Positions 45,383 to 55,762 of a stretch of DNA of 64,000 nt are shown piece by piece. Under the pieces are notes generated by a model, which was not told the origin of the DNA, did no database searches, and saw only the letters and a list, made by a program, of their open reading frames with translations. The translations under genes and the position numbers were made by a program. The stretch is taken from the NCBI GenBank assembly GCA_964518565.1, contig CAZFGX010000001.1:139046-203045 (forward strand), read 5' to 3'. Origin of the DNA: an uncultured Gammaproteobacteria bacterium (lineage in GTDB: Bacteria > Patescibacteriota > Microgenomatia > CAZETR01 > Amesbacteraceae). How positions within the stretch are numbered: the stretch's first letter is position 1; each line of letters begins with the position of its first letter.

Positions 45383-47827
45383 ATGGATTTTCTGCTCTGG
45401 CACTATTCAGTAGGTATCCGCCAGTATGTATCCCGATGGGGATACGCTCTTAAAAGTGTATTACACTTTTTCTCGCTGGGTATTTTATTAAAATCATTGT
45501 TTTCTCCATGGAAGCGCCTAGCTACAGTAAACGACAAGCCAGGCTTCTCATTTGAACGTTGGTTTTCTACATTCACGTTCAATCTCATTTCGCGTTGGAT
45601 CGGTGCTGCTACTAGATTAACCTTATTTGTTTTTGGCACTCTCATACTTTTGCCTATAATAGTTTTCGGTCTTATTGGGTTGGTCTTTTGGTTTATCTGT
45701 CCACTTATTGGTATTCCGTACTATGTCTTAGCTCAAAATAAAAACAATAGTGTATTCATCAAATTAATCGAACAATTAAAACAGGATCCCGCCAAAGGTT
45801 TACAACAATTTTTGTCTTCTACTCCAGGAAAATTTCTTTTACTCCATCTAAACAAATCACTCACTGATATACAAAACATTTCACAACCTCATCCGGTAAA
45901 CAGCCTTTCTACTCCTACACTTTCATTGCTAGTAGATGAGTTTTTAAAAAATGGTACCTGGGACAGGCCTGGTCTGCGCAAAATTAATTTAGAAATTGAT
46001 GATATAAAGCTAACAGCCAAAAGGTGGGATCATCTTCATGAAGGAAATGATGTGGCAAACAAAAATCATCCTAGACCTGGTATTGGTCTTGAATTGCTAT
46101 TTGGGTATACACCAACTCTCAACCAATACGGTACTCAATTGTCGACTATATTACCCTTTGCCCACCACTTAATTGGAAGAGAAGAGTTGGTCAATCGCAT
46201 GAGTCGAATATTAGAGAATAACAAAGGCATAGTTCTTTTTGGGGTGCCCGGAGTTGGAAAAAAAACCGTTGTGCTTGAACTTGCATATCGTGCGATGATG
46301 GGAAATCTAAACCCTTCAATGCTGTATAAGCGAGTCGTGGAATTGGATTACAATGTTTTATTGTCGCAGTCATTTGATCTAAATCAAAAAAAAACACTCC
46401 TTTCCAATATTCTTACTGAAGCTACTCAGGCCGGAAATATTATTTTAGTGATCAAAGACATACACCGTCTAACAAATATACAAGTTGAAGGCATAGACCT
46501 TACCGACGTTTTTGAGGCGGCCTTAGAATCACAAAAGCTTTTACTTATCGCTTTATCATCTCAAATAGAGTACGAGCGTTTTATTGTTCCAAATCAGCGA
46601 TTACGAAAATATCTAGAACCTGTAGAGGTTCCCCAAGTTTCAAAAGACCAAGCACTAGAAATACTTATCGATTTTGCTGCCAGGTGGGAGCACAATCGCG
46701 AAATTACAATTACTACTCCAGCCATTCGTGCCATCATTTCCGGATCAGACAAATATATTTCAGACACACCATTTCCGGAAAAAGCCCTAGAATTATTAGA
46801 CAATGCAGTAGCATACTCCGAAAAGACTTCAGAAAAAACAGTCCTTGCAGACGATGTAAATGCTGTAATTGCCGAAACAACTGGTATCTCTCTTGCCCGG
46901 CTTACGGAAAAAGAAAAAACATTACTGTCAAATTTGGAAGAAATTATGCACCAACGTCTCATTGGTCAAGATTCAGCGGTTACTGCGATAGCCAAGAGCT
47001 TACGCTCGCGTTCGGTAGGTACAAAATCTGAAAATCGTCCTCTAGGGTCATTTTTATTTTTAGGTCCTACTGGTGTCGGAAAAACTGAAGCCGCTAAAAC
47101 ACTTGCCAATGTTTATTATGAAAGCGAAGATGCGATTATTCGGTTTGATATGGCTGAATTTGCTGGCATAGAAGGATTAGAACGACTTATTGGTTCTGTC
47201 TCAAAAAATACACCCGGTGTATTAACTACAGCCATTAAAAATCATCCAGCTAGTTTGTTATTACTAGACGAAATAGAAAAGGCCCCCAAAGAAGTCTACA
47301 ATCTATTTCTCAGCCTACTAGATGAAGGGACGATTACCGATGCGTTTGGAAAAAAAATAAATTGTAAACATGTATTTGTTATTGCTACATCAAATGCTGG
47401 TTCAGAAGTTATTCGTAAAAATGTCGAACTCAAAACTTCTTCCTCAGATCTACAACATTTAGTGCTGGAGTATGTACAACAGCAACAAATTTTCACCCCA
47501 GAATTCTTAAATCGTTTCGATAGTGTTGTCGTCTTTGAGCCTCTCACTCCTACGCAAACAGAAAGAATTTCTAACATTCTTTTAAACTCAGTCGTCAAAA
47601 GTCTCGAGTCTCAAGACATCACTCTGCAAATAACTCCCGAGCTAATCAGTTCAGTTGCTCGAGAAGGTTTTGAGCCACAATTTGGTGCAAGGCCGCTGCG
47701 CCGACTTATTGATCTAGAAATTGGTGATGTGCTTGGTAAGGCAATTTTGACCAAACAAGTTTTACCTGGAGATCGTATCAAAATAGTTCCACTAGGTAAT
47801 AAAAATTATTCAGTTGAAAAACTATAG
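45383..47827 (+). CDS. Membrane-anchored ClpA/ClpB-type double AAA+ ATPase
   Basis: N-terminal TM hairpin; GVPGVGKKT; GPTGVGKTE, LLLDEIEKA, PEFLNRFD, GARPLRR. Confidence 0.88.
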   Translation: MDFLLWHYSVGIRQYVSRWGYALKSVLHFFSLGILLKSLFSPWKRLATVNDKPGFSFERWFSTFTFNLISRWIGAATRLTLFVFGTLILLPIIVFGLIGLVFWFICPLIGIPYYVLAQNKNNSVFIKLIEQLKQDPAKGLQQFLSSTPGKFLLLHLNKSLTDIQNISQPHPVNSLSTPTLSLLVDEFLKNGTWDRPGLRKINLEIDDIKLTAKRWDHLHEGNDVANKNHPRPGIGLELLFGYTPTLNQYGTQLSTILPFAHHLIGREELVNRMSRILENNKGIVLFGVPGVGKKTVVLELAYRAMMGNLNPSMLYKRVVELDYNVLLSQSFDLNQKKTLLSNILTEATQAGNIILVIKDIHRLTNIQVEGIDLTDVFEAALESQKLLLIALSSQIEYERFIVPNQRLRKYLEPVEVPQVSKDQALEILIDFAARWEHNREITITTPAIRAIISGSDKYISDTPFPEKALELLDNAVAYSEKTSEKTVLADDVNAVIAETTGISLARLTEKEKTLLSNLEEIMHQRLIGQDSAVTAIAKSLRSRSVGTKSENRPLGSFLFLGPTGVGKTEAAKTLANVYYESEDAIIRFDMAEFAGIEGLERLIGSVSKNTPGVLTTAIKNHPASLLLLDEIEKAPKEVYNLFLSLLDEGTITDAFGKKINCKHVFVIATSNAGSEVIRKNVELKTSSSDLQHLVLEYVQQQQIFTPEFLNRFDSVVVFEPLTPTQTERISNILLNSVVKSLESQDITLQITPELISSVAREGFEPQFGARPLRRLIDLEIGDVLGKAILTKQVLPGDRIKIVPLGNKNYSVEKL

Positions 47828-47843
47828 TATACTAGTCTCGTAT

Positions 47844-48461
47844 ATGTTTACTCTCCCAAAACTTCCATTTGCATTTAATGCCCTAGAGCCAAATATTGAT
47901 GCGCAAACAATGGAAATTCATCTGACAAAACATCATGCAACCTATGTAAAAAATCTAAATGATGCCTTGGCGACGTTGCCCGATATGGCCGAAAAAACTG
48001 AATCAGATTTACCAAATATTTTATCGGATTTAGATACCTTACCTACCGATATTCAAATGAAAGTTCAAAACAATGGCGGTGGTCATTGGAACCACAGCTT
48101 TTTCTGGCAAATTCTTACTCCTTCAAACACAAGTGGGCAACCATCAACTGAACTATTGTCGACAATTAATACCTCGTTCGGCAATCAAGAAGAATTCAAA
48201 AGTAAGCTTATCACCAAGGCTCTGTCTCGTTTTGGCTCTGGATGGATTTGGGTTATAAAAACTCCATTTGGTTTAGAAATTGTCGATACGCCTAATCAGG
48301 ACAATCCAGTCATGAACCACCAAACCCCTATCTTGGGCATCGATATCTGGGAACACGCATATTATCTCAAGTATCAAAATCGACGCAACGAATATCTTGA
48401 AGCGGTATGGCAAATCATCAACTGGTCAGAAGTTTCAAGATTGTTTTCGGTTACTCTTTAA
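47844..48461 (+). CDS. sodA: Fe/Mn superoxide dismutase
   Basis: HLTKHH, GGHWNH, FGSGW, DIWEHAYY. Confidence 0.93.
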   Translation: MFTLPKLPFAFNALEPNIDAQTMEIHLTKHHATYVKNLNDALATLPDMAEKTESDLPNILSDLDTLPTDIQMKVQNNGGGHWNHSFFWQILTPSNTSGQPSTELLSTINTSFGNQEEFKSKLITKALSRFGSGWIWVIKTPFGLEIVDTPNQDNPVMNHQTPILGIDIWEHAYYLKYQNRRNEYLEAVWQIINWSEVSRLFSVTL

Positions 48462-50240
48462 CCGTTCAGTTTTATCTAGTACTCTTTTTCGCAAGCGAAT
48501 AGACACAGGGGTCACTTCTAAGAGTTCATCGTCTTCAATAAAATCCAATGCTTGTTCAAGAGACAACTTCAGAGCCGGAGTTAGAGCAATTTTAATATCA
48601 GCTCCAGCTGAGCGCATATTAGTTAAATGTTTGCCTTTACACACGTTTAGCTCAATATCACTATCGCGAGTACCCAAGCCAATAATCATTCCCTCATAGA
48701 CATCCTCTCCGGGATCAATAAAAGTTATCCCACGTTCTTGAGCGTTTTCCAGAGAGTAGGCGAGAGCCTTGCCAGCATCCAAAGCAACCAAAACCCCCGC
48801 CCGAATATGTTCGGCGACTGCCCCCACAGGTTTATATCCAGCAAATAAGGTATGAAAAACTGCAGTGCCTTTGGTGGCGGTCAATAGCAAATTTCTGACA
48901 CCAATCATATTTCGTTGAGAAATGAGGTAAGAAATTCGAGTATTACCCTTACCATCTGCTGCCATATCCTGCATTTGCCCTCGTCGCTTACCCATTTCAG
49001 TGGTTACTACCCCAACGTGTTCGTCAGGCACATCAATAGTAACCTCGTCATATGGCTCATTGCCTTCTTTAAAAATAACTTGCGGCCGAGACACTTGTAA
49101 TTCATAGCCTTCTCGTCTCATTGTCTCAATCAAGACTGCCAGATGGAGCTCTCCTCGGCCTGAAACCTCAAATTCTCCTCCACCAAGGTCGGTAAATCGC
49201 ATACCCAGGTTGATCTCCTTTTCTCTCATCAAACGTTCACCAATTTGTCTACTTGTTACAAACTTCCCTTCTTTACCAGCAAATGGGCTTGTATTTGGCC
49301 CCATAGTCAATTTTAATGTTGGTTCTTCTACAGTGATTAAAGGCATTGCCACAGGTGTAGTTGGATCTGTCAAAGTTTGTCCGATCTCAATGCCTTCAAT
49401 ACCTGCAATGGTAATGATGTCTCCTGCGGTGGCTTGTGAGATTTCTTCACGTTCAATTCCGCGATTTGTATAAATCTTATTAATAGAAAATTGTCCCAAA
49501 GTTTTATCTGGGGTCAGACACAACACTCGTTGTCCAACCTTCAAAATCCCTTTTGTGACTCGACCAATACCCAATTTACCTAAATGAGTGTCATAGTCCA
49601 GAGTAGATACCAACATTTGGAAGGGGGATTCAATATCTCGCACAGCATTGGGCACATATTGCAAAATAGTTTCAAATAATGGGGATAAATCGTCACGTAT
49701 AGAATCGAGTGCGGTTCCTGCTTTACCGTCACGGCCAATTGCATAGACAACGGGAAATTCCAAATGACCTTCATCGGTTGCCAGTTTCAAAAACAGCTCT
49801 TCTGTCTCCAGTAGTACATCTTCTGGGCGAGCGTCTTTTTTATCGATCTTGTTAATTACTAAAATGATCTTCAGATGCGCTTGAAGTGCTTTTTGCAAAA
49901 CGAATTTAGTTTGAGGCAATGGTCCTTCGGCGGCATCCACTACCAACAACGCACCGTCAGCCATATTTAATACCCGCTCTACCTCACCTCCAAAGTCAGC
50001 GTGTCCAGGGGTATCAATAATATTGATTTTTACCCCGTTGTAATATACTGCAGTATTTTTTGCCAAAATAGTAATTCCACGCTCTCGTTCGAGATCGTTA
50101 CTATCAAGAATTGTCGTTTGAGCCATCTCAGCTTGGTTGTCACGAAATGTATGAGTCTGTTTTAACAAACCATCTACCAATGTGGTCTTGCCATGGTCTA
50201 CGTGAGCAATGATAGCAATATTACGAATATCTGAAGCCAT
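48435..50240 (-). CDS. typA: Translational GTPase TypA/BipA
   Basis: [30 protein letters not shown]. Confidence 0.97.
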   Translation of the reverse strand: MASDIRNIAIIAHVDHGKTTLVDGLLKQTHTFRDNQAEMAQTTILDSNDLERERGITILAKNTAVYYNGVKINIIDTPGHADFGGEVERVLNMADGALLVVDAAEGPLPQTKFVLQKALQAHLKIILVINKIDKKDARPEDVLLETEELFLKLATDEGHLEFPVVYAIGRDGKAGTALDSIRDDLSPLFETILQYVPNAVRDIESPFQMLVSTLDYDTHLGKLGIGRVTKGILKVGQRVLCLTPDKTLGQFSINKIYTNRGIEREEISQATAGDIITIAGIEGIEIGQTLTDPTTPVAMPLITVEEPTLKLTMGPNTSPFAGKEGKFVTSRQIGERLMREKEINLGMRFTDLGGGEFEVSGRGELHLAVLIETMRREGYELQVSRPQVIFKEGNEPYDEVTIDVPDEHVGVVTTEMGKRRGQMQDMAADGKGNTRISYLISQRNMIGVRNLLLTATKGTAVFHTLFAGYKPVGAVAEHIRAGVLVALDAGKALAYSLENAQERGITFIDPGEDVYEGMIIGLGTRDSDIELNVCKGKHLTNMRSAGADIKIALTPALKLSLEQALDFIEDDELLEVTPVSIRLRKRVLDKTERLKSNRKQS

Positions 50241-50275
50241 AAAAAAACGCCAACTGCGTAGCCAAATTATACCAT

Positions 50276-50491
50276 CTAATCGTCACTTCCTATGCCATTT
50301 GTCCATTGTTGAAAGGTTATAGCGTTGTTTTTGGCTCTTAAACAGCGATCTTTTACTTCTGCTTCGCGTAATAATTCTCGTACAATTTCTATTCCAGCCC
50401 TGGCGATATGTGAAATGCCTTGAAGTGTCATGGTGATTCCAGCCCTCGTCTCTTGTATGGGGCTATAAACATGGTTTATCTCAGATCGCAT
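50276..50491 (-). CDS. Possible small hypothetical protein
   Basis: Fills the gap between typA and the sigma factor; no motif. Confidence 0.35.
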   Translation of the reverse strand: MRSEINHVYSPIQETRAGITMTLQGISHIARAGIEIVRELLREAEVKDRCLRAKNNAITFQQWTNGIGSDD

Positions 50492-50507
50492 ATATAATTA
50501 GACGTAA

Positions 50508-51041
50508 ATGGCTGAAAAAACCCACGCAATTTTAGATATGCTGTATCAGCAGCTTGGTCGAAAAATTTTAGGCTTACTACTGAAAAGAAGTGGTGGAGAT
50601 TTGGAAGCCGCAGAATCTGTTTTGCAAGATACTTTTATTGCTGCATATAAATCCTTTCATACATTTAATAACAAAAGCAGTTACTTCACCTGGTTGTGCA
50701 AAATTAGTTTGAACAAACTGGCGGATTATTACCGTGATCAGGCAAATCGTAAGTCTAAGATGTTGATTCCTACCATCGATCGCATGAATGAAATAATTGA
50801 TCCACAAATATCATACGAAGAAAAGATGAGCTTAGATGAACTAAAAACCCTAGTTAACAAATGTTTAAACCTCTTACCAAGGCAATATCGCCAGTTGCTA
50901 CAGTTACGATATTACCAACAACTATCTACAAAAGAGATTTGTATTAAATTAGAGACGTCCCCAAGACGATTAGAAGGAAAATTATATCGAGCCAAAAAAG
51001 CTTTAGTCAAAATATATGAAAGATCTACATCAGGCAATTAA
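50508..51041 (+). CDS. ECF-type sigma factor
   Basis: AESVLQDTF, F.TWL..I..N, region 4 LRYYQQLST.EI..LYRAK. Confidence 0.88.
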   Translation: MAEKTHAILDMLYQQLGRKILGLLLKRSGGDLEAAESVLQDTFIAAYKSFHTFNNKSSYFTWLCKISLNKLADYYRDQANRKSKMLIPTIDRMNEIIDPQISYEEKMSLDELKTLVNKCLNLLPRQYRQLLQLRYYQQLSTKEICIKLETSPRRLEGKLYRAKKALVKIYERSTSGN

Positions 51042-51621
51042 ACATTTACAATCAGATCACGCCTTAAATCTGTTAATACAAAAATATGGCACGATTGATT
51101 ATCCACCTAGTCAAGATATATTTGCCAGCTTAGCCAGTTCAATTATTGGTCAACAGTTATCAAACAAAGCCGCTGATACAATTTGGAACCGATTTGTCAC
51201 TTTGTTTCCAGACAAAAAAGTCACTCCTCATGCACTAAAAGATCTAGACTCTGAACAAATTCGTTCAGTTGGTACCTCATGGGCAAAAGTAGCTGCATTA
51301 AAAGATTTATCTGAAAAAACATTAAACAACACAATTCAATTAAATAAATTATCAGAAATGACAGACGATGAAATTATTAATCACCTCATTCAAGTAAAAG
51401 GCATAGGTAAATGGACGGCGCAAATGCGTCTCATGTTTTCTTTAGCTCGGCCAAATATCTTGCCATTGGATGATATAGGGATTCAGAACGCTTTTGTAAA
51501 AAACTTTAAACTCAAAAAAACTGATCCAAAATTAAAACAAAAAATGCAAAAGATCGCCAAATCCTGGGAGCCATATCGAACCGTTGCTTGTTGGTATCTT
51601 TGGCGCTCTTTAGATAACTAA
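51016..51621 (+). CDS. DNA-3-methyladenine glycosylase II (AlkA-like)
   Basis: IIGQQLS, VKGIGKWTA, DIG, W.PYRT.ACWYLW. Confidence 0.9.
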   Translation: MKDLHQAIKHLQSDHALNLLIQKYGTIDYPPSQDIFASLASSIIGQQLSNKAADTIWNRFVTLFPDKKVTPHALKDLDSEQIRSVGTSWAKVAALKDLSEKTLNNTIQLNKLSEMTDDEIINHLIQVKGIGKWTAQMRLMFSLARPNILPLDDIGIQNAFVKNFKLKKTDPKLKQKMQKIAKSWEPYRTVACWYLWRSLDN

Positions 51622-51636
51622 GGTAAAATTCACAAT

Positions 51637-52653
51637 ATGACAAATAAAGTTGCACATATCGCAGATAAAATTTTAAATCAAATCCAGCAATCAAAAAATA
51701 TTCTTCTGCATTTTCATGTCAATCCTGACGGTGATTCAGTAGGTGGTGCACTAGCAATGATGCAAGTACTCAAGACTTTAGGTAAAAATGTCACAGTCAT
51801 TCAAGGGGACTCATCTATCCCAGAATATTTAGAGACTTTACCTGGAATATCAGAAGTAGTGAAAAAAAATTTTTTTGAAATTGAAATACAAAAATTTGAC
51901 ACATTTATTATTCAAGATAGTTCAAACCTAGATAGAGTCTCTACTAAAGAGCAAATTATTTTTCCTCCTCATATTTGCACAATTGTTATTGATCACCATG
52001 TAACAAACACCCACTTTGGGCAATTAAACCTTGTAGATGAAACATATCCATCCGTCTGTCAATTACTTTACGATCTCTTCAAAGCTTGGAATATAAGAAT
52101 CACCAATGACATGGCCTTATGTTTGTTGGTGGGTATGTATACAGATACGCTATTTAAATATCCAGGTGTTACATCAGCTTCTTTTCAAGCCGCTGCAGAT
52201 TTGGCCAAATTGGCGCCAGACTTCACCCAAACCATTTTTTCGATTGAAAATAATCAACACCCCAAATCATTAGAACTCATGGGGTTGTATTTGTTAAATA
52301 CCAAACATGTTTTCTCAAATCGTGTCGTATGTTCTTCGGTCTCATATGCAGACTTTATTTCTCATCAAATCCCTACAGATATAAATGTTCATGGTATTGC
52401 AAATTTACTAGCCTCTGCCAAAGGAAATGATATTGCAGTGATTCTTACCGAAGAGCAGCCGAACCAAATCAGTGTGAGTATGCGAACACGAGATAGTAAA
52501 AAATATGACGTGGCAAAAATAGCTGTAGCTACTGGTTGTGGTGGTGGCCATCCTGCTGCAGCGGGAGCAAATTTCTCTCTGTCTCTAAAAGAAGCAGAAG
52601 AAAAAATGTTCCAAACTATTGCCTCAGTCTATCCAGATCTCGTCCATCCGTGA
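51637..52653 (+). CDS. DHH/DHHA1 phosphoesterase (NrnA-like)
   Basis: HVNPDGD, IDHH, TDT, GGGH..AAG. Confidence 0.9.
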   Translation: MTNKVAHIADKILNQIQQSKNILLHFHVNPDGDSVGGALAMMQVLKTLGKNVTVIQGDSSIPEYLETLPGISEVVKKNFFEIEIQKFDTFIIQDSSNLDRVSTKEQIIFPPHICTIVIDHHVTNTHFGQLNLVDETYPSVCQLLYDLFKAWNIRITNDMALCLLVGMYTDTLFKYPGVTSASFQAAADLAKLAPDFTQTIFSIENNQHPKSLELMGLYLLNTKHVFSNRVVCSSVSYADFISHQIPTDINVHGIANLLASAKGNDIAVILTEEQPNQISVSMRTRDSKKYDVAKIAVATGCGGGHPAAAGANFSLSLKEAEEKMFQTIASVYPDLVHP

Positions 52654-52666
52654 TACCATAAAATAT

Positions 52667-53005
52667 ATGGTTGGATTCATGCTCAAAATAGCAATCATTG
52701 CTGCTCTTGTTGGTGGTGCTGGAATTTATGTAAAACAAAAGTACGGCTCAGTGCCAAATCCTCAAACACTTGTCAGTCAACTAAAATCTCAAGCAACATC
52801 AATAGACGTAAATACATTAGGGAAAAATCTGAGTTCCTCATTAGACTCTTTGGTAACCAACACAGACAAAAATTCTCCTGTGGTTTTGGGTGTAAAAATT
52901 GGCAATGATAGCTTAAGTGTCATCGTAGATGTGATACAAAAATTACCACCAGACCAAATTAATCAAGTCAAAACGATCATCTGTGCCCCGAGTACTTCAC
53001 AATAG
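52667..53005 (+). CDS. Hypothetical membrane-anchored protein
   Basis: N-terminal TM; start refined. Confidence 0.65.
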   Translation: MVGFMLKIAIIAALVGGAGIYVKQKYGSVPNPQTLVSQLKSQATSIDVNTLGKNLSSSLDSLVTNTDKNSPVVLGVKIGNDSLSVIVDVIQKLPPDQINQVKTIICAPSTSQ

Positions 53006-53025
53006 ATCAGATATAATCTGATCGT

Positions 53026-54102
53026 ATGTCAGATATTTATTCTACCGCTCAAGAACTAGTTCAAAGATTAGAACAGGTCAAACAAAAGCTTGATCCAGTT
53101 CGTCGTGGACAACAAATTCGCGAACTTCAAGCACAAACCCTCGCCTCAGATTTTTGGTCAGACACGAGCCATGCGAAAAGTATCATGCAACGTTTGTCAC
53201 AGTTGGAATTAGAACAATCTCAAATAAACCAAATAGAGCAAAATTTGACCGATCTAATTGGTCTAAGCCAAATCATGTCCGAGGATCCAGAGTTAGAAAA
53301 AGATTTGAAAAAAATTACCAAACAGTTATCTCAGTTAGAAATTAAAACGTTCCTAAATAAAAAATATGACAGTTTAAATGCGATTGTGACAATTCACGCT
53401 GGTCAGGGTGGAACAGAGGCCATGGATTGGGTAGCTATGTTGTTGCGAATGTATCTGAAGTATTGTGAAAGTCGAGATTGGTCGGTGGAATTGGTAGATG
53501 AGGCCCCAGGAGAAGAAGCTGGCTATAAATCAGTAACATTCACTGTCTCAGGAGCCTATGCGTTTGGTTATCTTTTAGGCGAAAAAGGTGTCCATCGTTT
53601 AGTTCGCCAGTCTCCATTTAATGCTGATCAACTTCGTCAAACCTCCTTCGCTTTGGTGGAAATCCTCCCTGAACTACCAGAGGAAACTGACGAAATTACC
53701 ATTCCAGCCGATGATATTCTATTTGAGGCTTACAGAGCGGGTGGACATGGGGGGCAAAATGTAAATAAGGTTAGTACAGCTGTCAGGTTAACACACAAGC
53801 CTACAGGTATTGTTGTCCAATGCCAGACACAAAGATTTCAAGAACAAAATCGCAAAATCGCTTTATCTATGCTCAAAGCCAAACTTTGGGAGATGGAACA
53901 ACAACGACGTGAATCCGAACAAAAGCAGCTAAAAGGTGTCCACAAATCAGCCTCCTGGGGCAATCAAATTCGTTCGTACGTTTTACATCCATACAAACTC
54001 GTGAAAGATTTGCGTACCGATGTAGAAACCTCTCAAGCGGAGTCGGTATTGGACGGCGATTTAGACATGTTTATTGAAACCGAGTTAAAACAACTAAAAT
54101 AA
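53026..54102 (+). CDS. prfB: Peptide chain release factor 2, no programmed frameshift
   Basis: SPF and GGQ motifs; continuous ORF. Confidence 0.96.
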   Translation: MSDIYSTAQELVQRLEQVKQKLDPVRRGQQIRELQAQTLASDFWSDTSHAKSIMQRLSQLELEQSQINQIEQNLTDLIGLSQIMSEDPELEKDLKKITKQLSQLEIKTFLNKKYDSLNAIVTIHAGQGGTEAMDWVAMLLRMYLKYCESRDWSVELVDEAPGEEAGYKSVTFTVSGAYAFGYLLGEKGVHRLVRQSPFNADQLRQTSFALVEILPELPEETDEITIPADDILFEAYRAGGHGGQNVNKVSTAVRLTHKPTGIVVQCQTQRFQEQNRKIALSMLKAKLWEMEQQRRESEQKQLKGVHKSASWGNQIRSYVLHPYKLVKDLRTDVETSQAESVLDGDLDMFIETELKQLK

Positions 54103-54105
54103 TCA

Positions 54106-54648
54106 ATGGAAAAAAGTCCGTTTGCATCTCGTGCCGGTGAAAAATTACAAGCCGCGCTTACAGAGTTTGAAGTGAGTATCAATGATATGGTTTGTGCGGA
54201 TCTTGGTTGTAGTACGGGTGGATTTACGAGTTGCCTATTAGCAAATGGGGCAAAAAGAGTCTATGCCGTTGATACAGGATATGGTGTCTTAGATTGGAAA
54301 CTTCGAAATGATCCGCGAGTGGTAGTCAAAGAGCGGACAAATGCATTACACGTCGAGCTAGAAGAGCCAGTAGACATCATTTCAATTGATGTGGGGTGGA
54401 CGCCGCAAGCAAAAATTTTGCCGCATGCGATTTCATTACTCAAGCCATCTGGAAAAATCATTTCTCTTCTAAAACCACACTACGAAGCTAAAATTGCTCA
54501 TGTTAGTGAAGAGCGGGCAGAGAAGATCGCAAAAAATGTAATAGAAAATCTAAAAAATATCGGCATATCGATCGACAAATATATAAAATCTCCCATTACC
54601 GGAGCAAAGGCCGCAAATACAGAATTCCTTATGTTATACTCGAAATAA
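54106..54648 (+). CDS. tlyA: TlyA-family rRNA methyltransferase lacking the S4 domain
   Basis: SRAGEKL, DLGCSTGGFT, VYAVDTG, KPHYE. Confidence 0.85.
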   Translation: MEKSPFASRAGEKLQAALTEFEVSINDMVCADLGCSTGGFTSCLLANGAKRVYAVDTGYGVLDWKLRNDPRVVVKERTNALHVELEEPVDIISIDVGWTPQAKILPHAISLLKPSGKIISLLKPHYEAKIAHVSEERAEKIAKNVIENLKNIGISIDKYIKSPITGAKAANTEFLMLYSK

Positions 54649-55076
54649 TGGAAGATCGTATTGCCCAAAACGAACCAAAGTCTTCAACAGGATTAGTCGT
54701 TGGTATAGTTATTACGCTTGCATGTTTAGGAGTAGGAACCGGGTATCTAATTTCCCAAAAAATAGGCTCAGGTAGTAATACTGTAAGTCAAACTACTGGC
54801 AAAAATATGATCCAAAATAAAAATGAAGTCGGCTCGACTGATACTCGTACCTTTCGTGATTCTGCCGTTGGAACAATTGAGTCAGGTGGATTAAATGGCG
54901 AAGGTACACACAAACTTGTCCGTGACGGTGGTCCAAGCCAAACCGTGTACTTAATTTCCTCTGTCGTAGATCTGAGTCAATTTGTAGGAAAAAAAGTAGA
55001 AGTCTGGGGTGAAACAGTAAAAGCAATTAAAGTCCCTTGGCTGATGGATGTAGGTCGCGTCAAGTTGGTAGAATAA
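54648..55076 (+). CDS. Hypothetical membrane-anchored OB-fold-like protein
   Basis: TM; GTHKL..DLSQFVGKKVEVWG. Confidence 0.7.
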   Translation: MEDRIAQNEPKSSTGLVVGIVITLACLGVGTGYLISQKIGSGSNTVSQTTGKNMIQNKNEVGSTDTRTFRDSAVGTIESGGLNGEGTHKLVRDGGPSQTVYLISSVVDLSQFVGKKVEVWGETVKAIKVPWLMDVGRVKLVE

Positions 55077-55084
55077 AGTATCCA

Positions 55085-55762
55085 ATGGTTACCGCCAAAA
55101 ATGTCACTAAAAAATTTGGTTCAATCGTCGCCTTGTCCGACATTACTGTCTCAATTGAGCCGGGGGAATTTGTCTTCCTTACCGGACCATCAGGTTCTGG
55201 AAAAACGACATTGTTACGTTTAATTCTTAGAGAATTAAAAACTGATGCTGGTGAACTCATGGTCGCAGGAGAGAATTTAACAAAGCTGCCGAAGAAAAAA
55301 ATACCAAATTTTCGTAGAAACTTAGGTCCTGTATTTCAAGACTTTAGAATACTCAACGATCGTAGTGTGGCTGAAAATATTGCGTTACCTCTAGAAGTAA
55401 AATCCACCAAATCAGCAGAAATAGCTACGGCTGTAAAACTGGCTGCAGAGATGGTTGGTCTACAAAATCATCTCAATTTATTTCCCGGCCAGCTCTCTGG
55501 CGGAGAAGTTCAACGAGTGGCAATCGCTCGAGCAATTATAGGCAAACCAAAAATAATTTTAGCGGACGAACCCACTGGAAACCTGGATCCTAAAACAGCC
55601 AAAAATATTATGAAACTCCTAAAAGATCTGCATGAAGAATTAAAAACTACTATTATCATGGCTACTCACAATGCCGAAATTGTAAATCACAATGCTTTAC
55701 GTGTGATTCATATTGAAAACGGCAAAATAGCTCGAGACGATGCGAAAGGTAAATATGAATAG
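55085..55762 (+). CDS. ftsE: Cell division ABC ATPase FtsE
   Basis: GPSGSGKTT, VFQDFR, LSGGEVQR, DEPTGNLD; followed by ftsX. Confidence 0.92.
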   Translation: MVTAKNVTKKFGSIVALSDITVSIEPGEFVFLTGPSGSGKTTLLRLILRELKTDAGELMVAGENLTKLPKKKIPNFRRNLGPVFQDFRILNDRSVAENIALPLEVKSTKSAEIATAVKLAAEMVGLQNHLNLFPGQLSGGEVQRVAIARAIIGKPKIILADEPTGNLDPKTAKNIMKLLKDLHEELKTTIIMATHNAEIVNHNALRVIHIENGKIARDDAKGKYE

